64,000 nt of DNA from a bacterium. Its GTDB lineage: Bacteria > Joyebacterota > Joyebacteria > Joyebacterales > Joyebacteraceae. The notes beneath the pieces are model-generated. The model did not search any database. It was not told where the DNA came from and worked only from the letters and a program-made list of their open reading frames with translations. The DNA lies in the NCBI GenBank assembly GCA_029990205.1, contig JAPEKQ010000002.1, positions 32,845-96,844 on the forward strand, in the 5' to 3' direction. The stretch's first letter is position 1; each line of letters begins with the position of its first letter. Shown piece by piece: positions 37,861 to 48,070 of the stretch. Both the position numbers and the translations under genes were made by a program.

Positions 37861-38823
37861 CTAGTGCCGGTAACGTCTGAAGCCGGAGCACTCGATGAGA
37901 TCGAACTTCCGTCTGGCGGCCTTCTCGACGCCGTCCAACAGAAGGTTCATCCCCAGCGTGTCGCTCGCTATGTGCCCGGCGATCACTACGTTGATGTGGT
38001 TCTTCTCGGCCTGTTCCCTGTTCTTCTCCGAGATGTGCATGCCCACGACCGTCCCGATGTCGGACGTGTTCGCGAGCTTCTCGAAGGCCTTGTGCGAACC
38101 ACCGGTCCCGCCCGTCATATCGACGAGGACCTTGCCGGTCCGCCGCTCCTCGCTGCCGACGAAGACCTTGAGTCCGGCGCCGAGCTTCTCGGCTTCGGCG
38201 TACTCGGGGATATCCCGGAGCACACCGAGCACGTCGCCGACGGTCTCGGCCTTCTTCGCGTCGAACAGCCTCTGAAGATACGTGGCCACACAGTTGTCGG
38301 CCGGTGTGTGGGTACAGATCATCGGGATGTCGAGAAGACGAGCCGCGTCGACGCCCCGCTGGTGGTTGATCGGCATGACGCCCCGCTCGACCTGCTTGAT
38401 GCGGGGACCCATGATGCCCTCGGCGACATTGATCGGGACGCCGTGAGCGTGGAGGATATCGGCCTGCATCGCCATGACACCGCTCAGGTTCGCCTGCGCC
38501 CCGCCCTCGGGATGGTGCGCCCAGATGAGATCGATCTTGCGACCCTTCTCGCGAAGCCGCTCGGTAAGGAGGACCTCGCCGATCTCCATGTCGATCCCCA
38601 TAATGACGCTCTTGACGTCGACGTCGTCGGCGCCGTGGAGGATGCGGGAATCGGAATACGGGCTGGTCAGACGCTCGGTGTCGAACACCTTCTTGTCGTT
38701 GCCCTTGAGACCGTCGTACTTCTTCTTCACGCGCTTGAGTTCCTTGCGAACAACCGCCTTGCCGCGCGGGTCGTACTCGATCCCGACCTTGACTGCCGCC
38801 TCGTAGAGCTTCCTGAGCTTCAT
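37861..38823 (-). CDS. NIF3-like dinuclear metal-centre protein
   Basis: PYSDSRIL, GID, AHHPEG, HTPADN, AGHIASD. Confidence 0.85.
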   Translation of the reverse strand: MKLRKLYEAAVKVGIEYDPRGKAVVRKELKRVKKKYDGLKGNDKKVFDTERLTSPYSDSRILHGADDVDVKSVIMGIDMEIGEVLLTERLREKGRKIDLIWAHHPEGGAQANLSGVMAMQADILHAHGVPINVAEGIMGPRIKQVERGVMPINHQRGVDAARLLDIPMICTHTPADNCVATYLQRLFDAKKAETVGDVLGVLRDIPEYAEAEKLGAGLKVFVGSEERRTGKVLVDMTGGTGGSHKAFEKLANTSDIGTVVGMHISEKNREQAEKNHINVVIAGHIASDTLGMNLLLDGVEKAARRKFDLIECSGFRRYRH

Positions 38824-38864
38824 CGGTGCCTTTCCACACGGGAGCGCTTGACGCGCCCGTGACG

Positions 38865-39320
38865 CTAGCCCTCGCCTCCGGCGAGCTGCTGCTGGACCAC
38901 GGCCTTCACGACCTTTCCGTCCGCACGACCCTTCATCTTCGGCATGACGGCCTTCATGACGAGGCCCATTTCACGGACACTTGTTGCACCTGATTCCGCG
39001 ATGGCCTCTGCGACGAGCGAGGTGATCTCATCCTCGCTGAGCTGCTCGGGGAGGTACTGCGATACGACGGCTAGGCTGGCCTTCTCCTTGACGACGAGGT
39101 CGTCGCGGCCGGCCGGGCCAAACTGATCGATCGCCTCGCGGTGACGCTTCGCCACACGCGCGAGGACCTCGATCGCGTCCTCGTCCTTGAGGTCGCGACC
39201 GAGTTCGATCGCTCGATTCTTCATTTCGGAACGCACGAAGCGGATGACGCCCAGGCGCACGCCGTCGCGAGCCTTGGTCGCCTCGATCATGTCGTTCTTG
39301 AGTCGGTCCAGGATGCTCAT
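38865..39320 (-). CDS. yqeY: GatB/YqeY domain protein
   Basis: YLPEQLS, MGLVMK, KGRADGK; directly after rpsU. Confidence 0.92.
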   Translation of the reverse strand: MSILDRLKNDMIEATKARDGVRLGVIRFVRSEMKNRAIELGRDLKDEDAIEVLARVAKRHREAIDQFGPAGRDDLVVKEKASLAVVSQYLPEQLSEDEITSLVAEAIAESGATSVREMGLVMKAVMPKMKGRADGKVVKAVVQQQLAGGEG

Positions 39321-39344
39321 GTCGCCTCCCGGAATCGATTCCGG

Positions 39345-39548
39345 TTACCTGGTCTTCGACTGCTTGATCTTGAGCTTGCGCAGCTTGCGCTTCGCAGCAC
39401 TGCGCTTGCGCTTCCTGCGCTCACTGGGCTTCTCGAAGTGAGAGTGCTTCCGGAGATCGGAGAGGATCCCGGCTTTCTCGCAGCGCTTCTTGAAACGGCG
39501 CAGTGCCCGCTCAAAGGACTCTCCGTCCTTGACTCGGACTCCTGGCAT
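39345..39548 (-). CDS. rpsU: 30S ribosomal protein S21
   Basis: [21 protein letters not shown]. Confidence 0.96.
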   Translation of the reverse strand: MPGVRVKDGESFERALRRFKKRCEKAGILSDLRKHSHFEKPSERRKRKRSAAKRKLRKLKIKQSKTR

Positions 39549-39669
39549 CTGGTGTTCACCCCCCTCCAAGGGTTGGCGACAACATCTGTCGGAGGGACAC
39601 GTATCCCCCCTGTGTGAGACCGAAGCGTTGCTTCGACCGCACGACCTCTTTCAAGCGTACAAACGCTTG

Positions 39670-39698
39670 AGTATAGGGATTCATGAAGCAGGTGTCAA
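39670..39698 (-). promoter_or_regulatory. Sigma70 promoter of the rpsU operon
   Basis: TTGACA-17 nt-TATACT. Confidence 0.8.
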
Positions 39699-39895
39699 CC
39701 CGTTTGTGTCGTTTTCCGGCCTGCTTCCGGAATCGCGTCCCCGAACTCCCGTCCAGAGGATCTGGTCGATCTCATACGCCCCACCGCCACCCGTTCCTTC
39801 CCCGTACACGCCCATTTCCGTTGACTTGGCGGCTCTTCTGCGAGACCATTCGTAGTGTTGCCTCAATTACTGAACGCTCATTCGGAGGGAGCACC

Positions 39896-41815
39896 ATGGA
39901 CCGCGACGCGGGCAAGAAGGCGCTCGAGCAGCTCCGCGAACGGTATCCGCAGAAGTTCGCCGTTCTCAAGACGGTCTTCGGGCACATACACCGCGGCCAG
40001 ACGATCTTCATCAGCACGGCGTGCGGCGAACCGAAGCATCTCGTCCACTCGATGATCGACTTCGTCGAGTCGGACCCCAAGGCGTTCAGTGACGCCGAGG
40101 TGCTCTCGGTCTGGACGCTCGGCGTCGCGCCGTATGCGGACCCCAAGTTCGAATACAACTTCCGGCACAACTCCTTCTTCGTGAGCGACAGCACGCGCAA
40201 CGCCGTGAACGAGGGAATGGCGGACTACACCCCTGTCTTCCTCTCGCAGGTTCCCGCCCTCTTCCGCAAGCGTCGCGTGCCGGTCGACATCGCGCTCATC
40301 CAGACGTCGCTACCCGACGAGCACGGGTTCATGAGTCTCGGCGTGTCGGTCGACATCACGAAGGCGGCCACCGAGATGGCGACGACCGTCATCGCGCAGA
40401 CGAACGCCTACATGCCCCGTGTCCACGGCGACGCGTTCGTGCACATCGACGACGTCGACTTCGTGGTCCCCTACGACGAACCGCTCCTGACATACGAAGC
40501 CTCTGTTCCTGGAGAGATCGCCGAACGCATCGGCAAGTACGTCTCGCGGATCGTCCAGAACGGTGACACCATCCAGGTCGGGTACGGCAGTCTCCCGGAC
40601 GCCATCCTCTCGAACCTCTTTGAGAAGAAGCACCTTGGTGTCCACACGGAGCTCATCAGCGACGGCATCGTCGCGCTGATGAAGGCCGGTGTCATCGACA
40701 ATACGCGCAAGACCATCGACAGAGGCAAGACGGTCGCCACATTCTGCATGGGCAAGCAGGAGACGTACGACTACCTCCACGACAACCCGGGCGTGGCGTT
40801 CCGCGAGATCGACTACACGAACAACCCGCTGACCATCGCGCAGATCCAGAACATGACGGCGATCAACTCGGCGCTTCAGATCGACCTGACCGGCCAGGCC
40901 ACGGCCGTCTCGCTTGGCCAGACGTTCTACAGCGGCATCGGCGGACAGGCCGACTTCATGCGTGGCGCGGTGCTCGCGCCAGGCGGTCGCACCATCCTCG
41001 CCCTCCCCTCCACGGCGAAGGACGATGAGATCTCGAGGATCGTCCCGGTGCTCGACGAGGCCGCCGGCGTCACGCTGATCCGCGGTGACATCCACTACGT
41101 CATCACCGAGTACGGCATCGCCTACCTGCACGGGAAGAACATCCGCGAACGCGCGATGGAGCTCTCGTCGATCGCGCATCCGAAGTTCCGCTCGTGGCTC
41201 ATCAGCGAGGCAAAGAAGCGGTCGATGGTCTACAAGGACCAGGCGTTCATCGCCGGCAAGAAGGGCGAGTATCCCGAGGAGCTCGAGGTCTATCGCACGA
41301 CGAAGTCGAACCTCGACATCCTCATCCGCCCCGTGAAGATCAGCGACGAACCGCGGCTCAAGGACTTCTTCTACTCGCTCTCCGACGAGAGCGTGCGACG
41401 CCGGTTCATGTCGAGCCGGACGGACATGCCGCACGAGCGGCTCCAGGACTTCGTGATCATCGACTTCACGAAGGAGATGGTCATGCTCGCGGTCAGGCAG
41501 ATCGAAGAGGGTGTCGAGGAGATCGTCGGCGTCGGGCAGTACGGTATCCACGAGCCGACCCATACGGCCGAGGTGGCGCTCGTCGTCCGCGACGACCACC
41601 AGGACCAGGGCGTCGGGACCGAGCTCCTCAAGTACCTCACGTCGCTCGCCCGCAGCCAGGGTCTGCTCGGATTCACGGCAGAAGTGCTCTACGAGAACGC
41701 GCCCATGCTTCACATGTTCTCACGCATGGGATACGATATCCACAGAACCGCAGAGGCAGGAGTGGTTGAACTCCGGATCGGATTCAGAGGACGAGATGAC
41801 GCACCAAGAACCTGA
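39896..41815 (+). CDS. Acetyl-CoA hydrolase/CoA-transferase fused to a C-terminal GNAT domain
   Basis: SLGVSVD, QVGYG, GVHTE, SGIGGQADFMRGA, TEYGIAYL, IAHPKFR; GNAT AEVALVVRDDHQDQGVGT..N.PM; GGAGG RBS. Confidence 0.9.
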   Translation: MDRDAGKKALEQLRERYPQKFAVLKTVFGHIHRGQTIFISTACGEPKHLVHSMIDFVESDPKAFSDAEVLSVWTLGVAPYADPKFEYNFRHNSFFVSDSTRNAVNEGMADYTPVFLSQVPALFRKRRVPVDIALIQTSLPDEHGFMSLGVSVDITKAATEMATTVIAQTNAYMPRVHGDAFVHIDDVDFVVPYDEPLLTYEASVPGEIAERIGKYVSRIVQNGDTIQVGYGSLPDAILSNLFEKKHLGVHTELISDGIVALMKAGVIDNTRKTIDRGKTVATFCMGKQETYDYLHDNPGVAFREIDYTNNPLTIAQIQNMTAINSALQIDLTGQATAVSLGQTFYSGIGGQADFMRGAVLAPGGRTILALPSTAKDDEISRIVPVLDEAAGVTLIRGDIHYVITEYGIAYLHGKNIRERAMELSSIAHPKFRSWLISEAKKRSMVYKDQAFIAGKKGEYPEELEVYRTTKSNLDILIRPVKISDEPRLKDFFYSLSDESVRRRFMSSRTDMPHERLQDFVIIDFTKEMVMLAVRQIEEGVEEIVGVGQYGIHEPTHTAEVALVVRDDHQDQGVGTELLKYLTSLARSQGLLGFTAEVLYENAPMLHMFSRMGYDIHRTAEAGVVELRIGFRGRDDAPRT

Positions 41816-43934
41816 TATCAGGCGCCTCTTCGAACCGCAGTCGGTAGCGGTCATCGGGGCGTCCCACAACGAGACCAAGATCGGCTCGAAGATCCTCGCG
41901 AACATCATCAACGGGGGATTTCCGGGCCGCATCTACCCGGTCAACCCGAAGGGCGGCGAAGTCCTCGGGCTCCCGGTCGCAAAGTCGATGGACGATGTCG
42001 AGATGGACGTCGACCTCATCGTGACCTGCGTCCCGGCGAAGTACACGCTCGACGCTGTGAAGGCGGCGGGCGCGCGGCGCGCCGCCTTCAACCTGGTGAT
42101 CACCTCCGGCTTCTCCGAGGTCGGTAACATCGATCTCGAACGCCAGGTGATGGACGTTGCGCGCGCCAGCAACATGCGGATCATCGGGCCGAACATCTTC
42201 GGGATGTACTCGGCCGCCGCCGACATCGACGCGACCTTCGGCCCGGGCGGCATCCGCAAGGGCGGGGTCGCCATCATCACGCAGAGCGGCGCGCTCGGAC
42301 TCGCCATGATCGGCAAGACGGGCGTCGAGAACGTCGGCATCTCCGCGATCGTCTCGGTCGGCAACAAGGCCGACATCGACGAGGCCGACCTGGTCTCCTA
42401 CCTGGTCGACGACGACATCACCGACGTCATCCTCATGTACATCGAGGGCGTGAAGAACGGCGACCGTCTGGTGGAGGTCCTCAAGACCGCCACGCGGAAG
42501 AAGCCGGTCGTCGTCATCAAGTCCGGCCGCTCGAAGCGCGGCGCTGTCGCGGCCGCGTCGCACACGGGCTCGCTGGCCGGCTCGGATGAGATCTTCGACG
42601 CGGTCATGCGCCAGTGCGGCGTTCTCCGCGCGGAGAGCATCAAGGAGGCCTTCAACCTCTGCAAGTTCCTCCCCGGCACCGGCATCCCGAAGGGCGACAA
42701 CACGGTTGTCATCACGAACGGCGGCGGTATCGGGGTGCTCGCGACCGACGCGTGCGAGAAGTACAACGTCAAGATGTACGACGACGTCACATCCCTGAAG
42801 GAGATCTTTGCGCCGGCCACGCCGGCGTTCGGGTCGACCAAGAACCCGATCGACATCACCGGTGGCGCGACCTCTGCGGACTACACGCTGGCGATGGACG
42901 CTGCACTCGCGAGCGATTCCATCGGTTCGGTCATCTCGCTCTACTGCGAGACGGCCGTGTTCGACGCCGACAACCTCGGCGACATGATCGCCAAGAACAC
43001 CAAGCGCTACCGCGCTGCCGGTAAGCCGATCGCGTTCTCGGTGTTCGGCGGCGAGGAGACCGAGCGCATCCAGAACGAGCTCTCGAAGGACGGCATGCCG
43101 GTCTTCGGGGACGTCTACGAGACCGTCTGCTGTCTCGGCGGCGTCTACCGCTACCGCCGATACCTCGAGCAGTGGACCGACGAGGTGCATGAGGAGAAGA
43201 TCGACTTCGACGCGATCGATCAGGTCGTCGCGGAAGCGAGGGCCGATCGCCGGAGCTTCCTGCTGGCCGACGAGGGCCGCAGGGTCATGGAGGCCGCAGG
43301 CATCCCGCTCCCGGCGACGAAGACCGCGAAGAGCATGGAGGAAGCTGTCAAGCTCGCCGACGAGATCGGCTACCCGGTCGTGATGAAGGTCGTTTCGCGG
43401 GACATCCTCCACAAGAGCGACTCCGGCGGCGTCGCGCTCGACCTCGAGAACACCGAGGAGGTCATCGACGCGTACGAGGCCATCATGCGGAACTGCCGCA
43501 CCAACGTCCCCGGCGCCCGCATCCAGGGCATCCAGGTCATGGAGATGGCGCCTCCGGGCGTCGAGCTCATCGTCGGCGCGAGACGCGACGCGGGGTTCGG
43601 CCCGATCATCATGTTCGGAATGGGCGGTATCTACGTGGAGGTCCTCAAGGACATCTCGTTCCGCGCCGTCCCACTCAACCGCGCCGAGGCGCTCGAGATG
43701 ATGAAGGAGATCAGAGCCTTCCCGCTCCTGCTTGGAGTCCGGGGCGAGGAGCGCAAGGATATCGAGAGCGTGCTGGACGCGGTCATCCGGATCGGGACCG
43801 TCATCCGGCACGTGGAAGACATATCGGACATCGAGGTCAACCCGCTCGTGGCGTACGAACAGGGCCGCGGGGCGAAGGCCGTCGACGTGAGAATACTCCT
43901 TACGGATATCGCTGGAGGTGACACCAATGCGTAG
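41796..43934 (+). CDS. Acetate-CoA ligase (ADP-forming), fused alpha+beta
   Basis: VAVIGAS, YPVNPK, IIGPN, SHTGSLAG (phospho-His), TNGGG, NPIDITG, ATP-grasp GYPVVMK..HKSD..GGV, EVNP. Confidence 0.92.
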   Translation: MTHQEPDIRRLFEPQSVAVIGASHNETKIGSKILANIINGGFPGRIYPVNPKGGEVLGLPVAKSMDDVEMDVDLIVTCVPAKYTLDAVKAAGARRAAFNLVITSGFSEVGNIDLERQVMDVARASNMRIIGPNIFGMYSAAADIDATFGPGGIRKGGVAIITQSGALGLAMIGKTGVENVGISAIVSVGNKADIDEADLVSYLVDDDITDVILMYIEGVKNGDRLVEVLKTATRKKPVVVIKSGRSKRGAVAAASHTGSLAGSDEIFDAVMRQCGVLRAESIKEAFNLCKFLPGTGIPKGDNTVVITNGGGIGVLATDACEKYNVKMYDDVTSLKEIFAPATPAFGSTKNPIDITGGATSADYTLAMDAALASDSIGSVISLYCETAVFDADNLGDMIAKNTKRYRAAGKPIAFSVFGGEETERIQNELSKDGMPVFGDVYETVCCLGGVYRYRRYLEQWTDEVHEEKIDFDAIDQVVAEARADRRSFLLADEGRRVMEAAGIPLPATKTAKSMEEAVKLADEIGYPVVMKVVSRDILHKSDSGGVALDLENTEEVIDAYEAIMRNCRTNVPGARIQGIQVMEMAPPGVELIVGARRDAGFGPIIMFGMGGIYVEVLKDISFRAVPLNRAEALEMMKEIRAFPLLLGVRGEERKDIESVLDAVIRIGTVIRHVEDISDIEVNPLVAYEQGRGAKAVDVRILLTDIAGGDTNA

Positions 43935-44964
43935 GCTGGTCATTGCATCGACCCGCGAGAACGCGGGAAAGACGAGCCTCATCGTAGGCCTGGGCAGGGC
44001 GTCGGGGAAGCCGTTCGGTTACCTCAAGCCGTTCGGCGACCGTCTTCTCTACCGGAAGAAGCGCCTCTGGGACTACGACTCCGCGCTCGTCGGTCAGATC
44101 TTCGAACTGGCCATGGACCCGAGAGAGATGAGCATCGGCTTCGACCACTCGAAGCTTCGGTTCATGTACGACGAGGAGACCACGAACAAGAAGCTCACCG
44201 AACTCGTCACGAACGCCGAGTCCGGCAAGGAAGCCGTGCTCATCGAGAGCGGCGGAGACCTCACGCACGGCGTCGCGGTCAACCTCGACGCAGTCTCGCT
44301 GGCGCGTGCGATGGACGCCTCGCTCCTCGTGATGATGTCCGGCGCTGACCAGACGGTGCTCGACGACATCGCGTTCGTCCAGCGCCACGTCAACCTCGAG
44401 GGAATCGACTTCGCGGGCATCGTCGTCAACAAGCTCCACGACACAGAGGACTTCCGCAACACCTACGAGGCAGAGCTGGCCGCGCAGGGCGTCAACATCC
44501 TCGGTCTCGTTCCGAACGACCCCGAGCTCAACTACCCGTCGGTCGGCTTCCTCGCCGAGTCGCTCTTCGCTAAGATCATCACGGGAGCGGACGCGCTGGG
44601 AGGCGTGGTCGAGAACGTATTCGTCGGCGCGATGTCGGCCGACGCGGCCAGGCGCCAGCCGATGTTCAAGAAGGGACGCCGGCTGGTCATCACCAGCGGC
44701 GACCGCGATGACATGATCCTGCTCGCGCTCGAGGGCGACACGGTCGGCCTCGTGCTCACCAACGGGATCGCGCCGCACTCGAGCATCATCTCGAAGGCGA
44801 CTGAGCGCGGCGTGCCGATGCTCCTGACCGCGGACGATACCTTCAAGGTCGCCAAGGCCGTCGATGACGCCAGCTACCTGCTCCGCCACGACGAGACGGA
44901 CAAGGTCGACCGGCTGACGGAGCTCATCCGGGAGAACGTCGACGTCGCGGCGATCATGGGGTAG
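43927..44964 (+). CDS. BioD-like/DRTGG protein (Pta N-terminal-like, no PTA catalytic domain)
   Basis: STRENAGKT, GYLKPFG, VGAM, ITSGDRDD. Confidence 0.85.
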   Translation: MRRLVIASTRENAGKTSLIVGLGRASGKPFGYLKPFGDRLLYRKKRLWDYDSALVGQIFELAMDPREMSIGFDHSKLRFMYDEETTNKKLTELVTNAESGKEAVLIESGGDLTHGVAVNLDAVSLARAMDASLLVMMSGADQTVLDDIAFVQRHVNLEGIDFAGIVVNKLHDTEDFRNTYEAELAAQGVNILGLVPNDPELNYPSVGFLAESLFAKIITGADALGGVVENVFVGAMSADAARRQPMFKKGRRLVITSGDRDDMILLALEGDTVGLVLTNGIAPHSSIISKATERGVPMLLTADDTFKVAKAVDDASYLLRHDETDKVDRLTELIRENVDVAAIMG

Positions 44965-45000
44965 CAGCGCCGCCCGCACGACCAAGCGCTGAGGCAAACG

Positions 45001-45036
45001 AAAGCGGCCGGTTCTTCACAGAGCCGGCCGCTTCTT
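45001..45036. terminator. Probably bidirectional terminator between convergent operons
   Basis: AAAGCGGCCGGTTC-TTCACA-GAGCCGGCCGCTTCTT. Confidence 0.75.
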
Positions 45037-45080
45037 CATGTCTTCGATGGATCCACCGTACCCCGCCGAGCATGGCGTCC

Positions 45081-45884
45081 CTACGGCAGCAGTCCGCCCA
45101 GTTCGTAACTGATCATCGCGGCGATGGCCGCTGCGGCCCAGTCGGCCTTGAGGACGCGGCGGCCGACGGAGACACTCACGGCGCCCGCCTCCCGGAGGAG
45201 CGCGACCTCCGACTCGGAGAACCCGCCCTCGGGGCCGATGACGAGCAGGATGCTCCTCGTCGGGCCCGACGCGCGTCCGGCATCCGGCGCCGCAGCCTCG
45301 GAGAGCACATCGGCGAGCGTCGCTCCCCCCTCGTCCTCCCACGCCACGAGCGCGAGATCGAACTCGCCCCCGAGCGCCGCAAGCCCGGCCACATCGACCG
45401 GCTCCGCGATCTCCGGGAGGAAGACACCGCGTGACTGCTTCACGGCGGCCGCTGCGATACTCCCCCAGCGCTCGAGTCGTGATTCGAGAGCGTCGGGCGG
45501 TATGCGCCCGATGGTCCGCTCGGTCACGAGCGGTCGGATCCCCGCGGTCCCGAGTTCCGCCAGTCTTCTGACGACATCGTCGAACGACCGTCCCTTGAGA
45601 AGCGCCTGCGCGACGGTGAGAGCGACAGCGCCCTCACGGTCGTGCGCTCGCGACTCCGTGACGGAGCACTCGAGCGTCGCGCTACCCACCGTATCGACGC
45701 GGGCGAGAGCCTCCTCCCCTGCGCCATCGATGAGTCGCACGGTGTCACCCTCGCGTACGCGCATGACGTCGGCACCGTGATGTCCCTCACGGCCGCTGAC
45801 AACACACGTCCCGCCAGCGATACTCCCCGGCGGGACGATGAAGGTGTTCAGACGCCAGGTCTCGGCGTCATGGAGTTCGGCCAT
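45081..45884 (-). CDS. rsmE: 16S rRNA m3U1498 methyltransferase
   Basis: H..DVMR, ELG, AVKQSR, IGPEGGFS, GRRVLKA. Confidence 0.88.
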   Translation of the reverse strand: MAELHDAETWRLNTFIVPPGSIAGGTCVVSGREGHHGADVMRVREGDTVRLIDGAGEEALARVDTVGSATLECSVTESRAHDREGAVALTVAQALLKGRSFDDVVRRLAELGTAGIRPLVTERTIGRIPPDALESRLERWGSIAAAAVKQSRGVFLPEIAEPVDVAGLAALGGEFDLALVAWEDEGGATLADVLSEAAAPDAGRASGPTRSILLVIGPEGGFSESEVALLREAGAVSVSVGRRVLKADWAAAAIAAMISYELGGLLP

Positions 45885-45899
45885 GATCGACTCCTGCGG

Positions 45900-46274
45900 C
45901 TAGCAGCCGCAGCCCTGTCCGTGGTGCCCGCACGACGTCTGCGGTGTGAGTTCGACGAGAGAGCCGTCCTTCGCCGCCGCGGCGTTGTCCGCAACGGTAC
46001 CCTCGAGCGCGCGGTACACGCGGATGCCCGCACCGTTGAGTCCCATCAGCGCCCGTGCCCCGATCCCGCCGACGACGATCGCGTCGACCGTCTCGCCCGA
46101 GAGCGATGCGAGCGGGTTGCAGGCCCCGTGCTCGTGGTCCTTGCCTGAGTTGTCGAGGGACCTCGTCTCGCCAGTCTCCGTGTCGTGCACGACGAAGCAC
46201 GGCGCCGAGCCGAAGTGTCCGAACACCTTCGCGTCCAGCCCGGTCCCGCCATCTGTCGGAATGCAGAGCCGCAT
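45900..46274 (-). CDS. NifB/NifX-family (FeMo-cofactor-binding-like) protein
   Basis: HFGSAPCF, VDAIVVGGIG, GIRVY, Cys/His tail CGHHGQGCGC. Confidence 0.85.
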   Translation of the reverse strand: MRLCIPTDGGTGLDAKVFGHFGSAPCFVVHDTETGETRSLDNSGKDHEHGACNPLASLSGETVDAIVVGGIGARALMGLNGAGIRVYRALEGTVADNAAAAKDGSLVELTPQTSCGHHGQGCGC

Positions 46275-46345
46275 GATCGTCCTTCTCTCGCTGTGGTCGC
46301 GCCCGCGCAGTCCGTCTGCGCCCCGCGGGCTCGACCGACGTGGTC

Positions 46346-47506
46346 CTACCTGACATGACCGGGGCGTCCCGGTCCCGGGATCTTCTTGTCCGTCAGCTCA
46401 CCGACCTTCTTGAGGAGCTTCTTCTCCTCCGACGACGGGCGCTTCGGCACCCACACCTTGATGAGCACGAGCTGGTCGCCGCTCCCGCGGCCGCGCACGT
46501 GAGGCACGCCCTTGCCGCGCATCTTGAGCACCTGCCCCGACTGCGTCCCCGAATGGATCTTGAGGCGAGCCTTGCCCTCGAGCGTCGGCACCTCGACCTG
46601 CCCGCCCAGGGCCGCCAGGCCGATGGAGACCGGCAGTTCGATGAGCACGTCGTCGCCGTGGCGTTCGAAGAGCTTGTGCGGGATCTCCTCCATCATGACG
46701 ATGAGGTCGCCGGCGGGACCGCCGCGCGGTCCGGCGTTGCCGGCGCCCTGGATCGGAAGGTAGTTGCCGGTCGAGACCCCGGCCGGCACATCGATCTCGA
46801 TCGTCTCCTTCTTCCGCATCACACCCTTGCCCACGCACTTCGCGCAGGGCTCGTCGATGACCTCACCGGTCCCGCCACACGCGGAGCACGGCGAGACGTT
46901 CATGAAGGTCCCGAAGAGCCCCATCGACTGCTGCGAACGGACCTGGCCTGCTCCGCCGCAGGCCGTACAGGTCTTCGGACTGGTCCCGGGCTTCGCGCCC
47001 GAGCCGCCGCACTCGTCACAGCTGACGAGCTTCGCGACCTTGATCTTCTTCTTCACACCCGTGGCGATCTCCTCGAGCGTCAGCTTGAGACGGACACGGA
47101 TGTTCGAACCGCGCCGCGCGCCGCCGCGACGCCCGGCGCCACGCCCGCCGCCGAACCCGAAGAGGTCCTCCATGCCGCTGTCGCCGCCGAAGGCGCGCAT
47201 GAACGCGCCGAGAGCGTCGTTGAGGTCCATCCCCTGGAACCCGGCGCCGCCGAATCCCTGCGGACCCGCTCCGCCCTGGGCGAACGCGGCCGACCCGAAC
47301 TGGTCGTACTGCGCGCGCTTCTCCTCGTCGGAGAGGATCTCGTGCGCCTCGGTGGCCTCCTTGAACTTCTCCTCGGCCTCCGAGTCGCCCGGGTTCTTAT
47401 CCGGATGGTACTTGAACGCGAGTTCCCGGTACGCCTTCTTGATGTCGTCCGGGCTCGCATCACGGCTCACGCCAAGTATGTCGTAGTAGTCCTTCGCTGA
47501 CGGCAT
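46346..47506 (-). CDS. dnaJ: Chaperone DnaJ
   Basis: DYYDILG, HPD, G/F region, four CxxCxGxG repeats. Confidence 0.97.
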   Translation of the reverse strand: MPSAKDYYDILGVSRDASPDDIKKAYRELAFKYHPDKNPGDSEAEEKFKEATEAHEILSDEEKRAQYDQFGSAAFAQGGAGPQGFGGAGFQGMDLNDALGAFMRAFGGDSGMEDLFGFGGGRGAGRRGGARRGSNIRVRLKLTLEEIATGVKKKIKVAKLVSCDECGGSGAKPGTSPKTCTACGGAGQVRSQQSMGLFGTFMNVSPCSACGGTGEVIDEPCAKCVGKGVMRKKETIEIDVPAGVSTGNYLPIQGAGNAGPRGGPAGDLIVMMEEIPHKLFERHGDDVLIELPVSIGLAALGGQVEVPTLEGKARLKIHSGTQSGQVLKMRGKGVPHVRGRGSGDQLVLIKVWVPKRPSSEEKKLLKKVGELTDKKIPGPGRPGHVR

Positions 47507-47629
47507 GTGCCTCTCCGGCTGTCGCCTGATTCGTCACCTGAGATCGTCGTCCGACGCCGCTGTCTTCGTCCGGCGCTACTTCGTCCGACGCTGCTACCAT
47601 GATACCCGCAACGCCCTCACGGGCGCGAC

Positions 47630-48070
47630 CTAGCTCCGCTGCCTCCATCCGCCAACCGCGAACCAGCGCACGGCGTGGTAGGCCGGGACTCGCCGCCAGG
47701 CCGCGACACCCTCCTCCTTCATGACCTCGCGGAAGAGGAGGTCCGCTTCCTTGCGAGTGTACTCCCTCGGCGGCGTGATGACACCCTTCGGTGGCTTCCC
47801 GCCATACCGATAGAGGTAATCGTGAAGAAGGGGGGCCGCGATCGACAGCTCGAACGGCGCGGCGAGCCACCAGATCGCGCGCGGGATCGACGCCAGATCG
47901 AACTCGAACCCCGCCGGGATGCTGATCAGATTCTCCCCGTGCTGGTAGCTGTACGGCTCCTCGAGTCTCCAGGTCTGCCTGTCGACGATGTACGTCACGA
48001 CCGGGCTCTTGAGATGAGACGCCGCAATCTTGATCAGTTCGTTGATGAGCTGTCGGGTGAAGGCCTTCAT
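47630..48070 (-). CDS. DUF1353 family protein
   Basis: IPAGFEFDLASIPR, LLHDYLY, RKEADLLFRE; ATGA coupling to the upstream small ORF. Confidence 0.82.
   Translation of the reverse strand: MKAFTRQLINELIKIAASHLKSPVVTYIVDRQTWRLEEPYSYQHGENLISIPAGFEFDLASIPRAIWWLAAPFELSIAAPLLHDYLYRYGGKPPKGVITPPREYTRKEADLLFREVMKEEGVAAWRRVPAYHAVRWFAVGGWRQRS

Noticed and set aside
45900..46274. NifX-like gene as evidence of nitrogen fixation
   Set aside because: The family is widespread in non-diazotrophic anaerobes and there are no nif structural genes in the window
47547..47591. Short direct repeats as a CRISPR remnant
   Set aside because: Repeats of 11 bp with 4-8 bp spacers are far too short, and there are no cas genes
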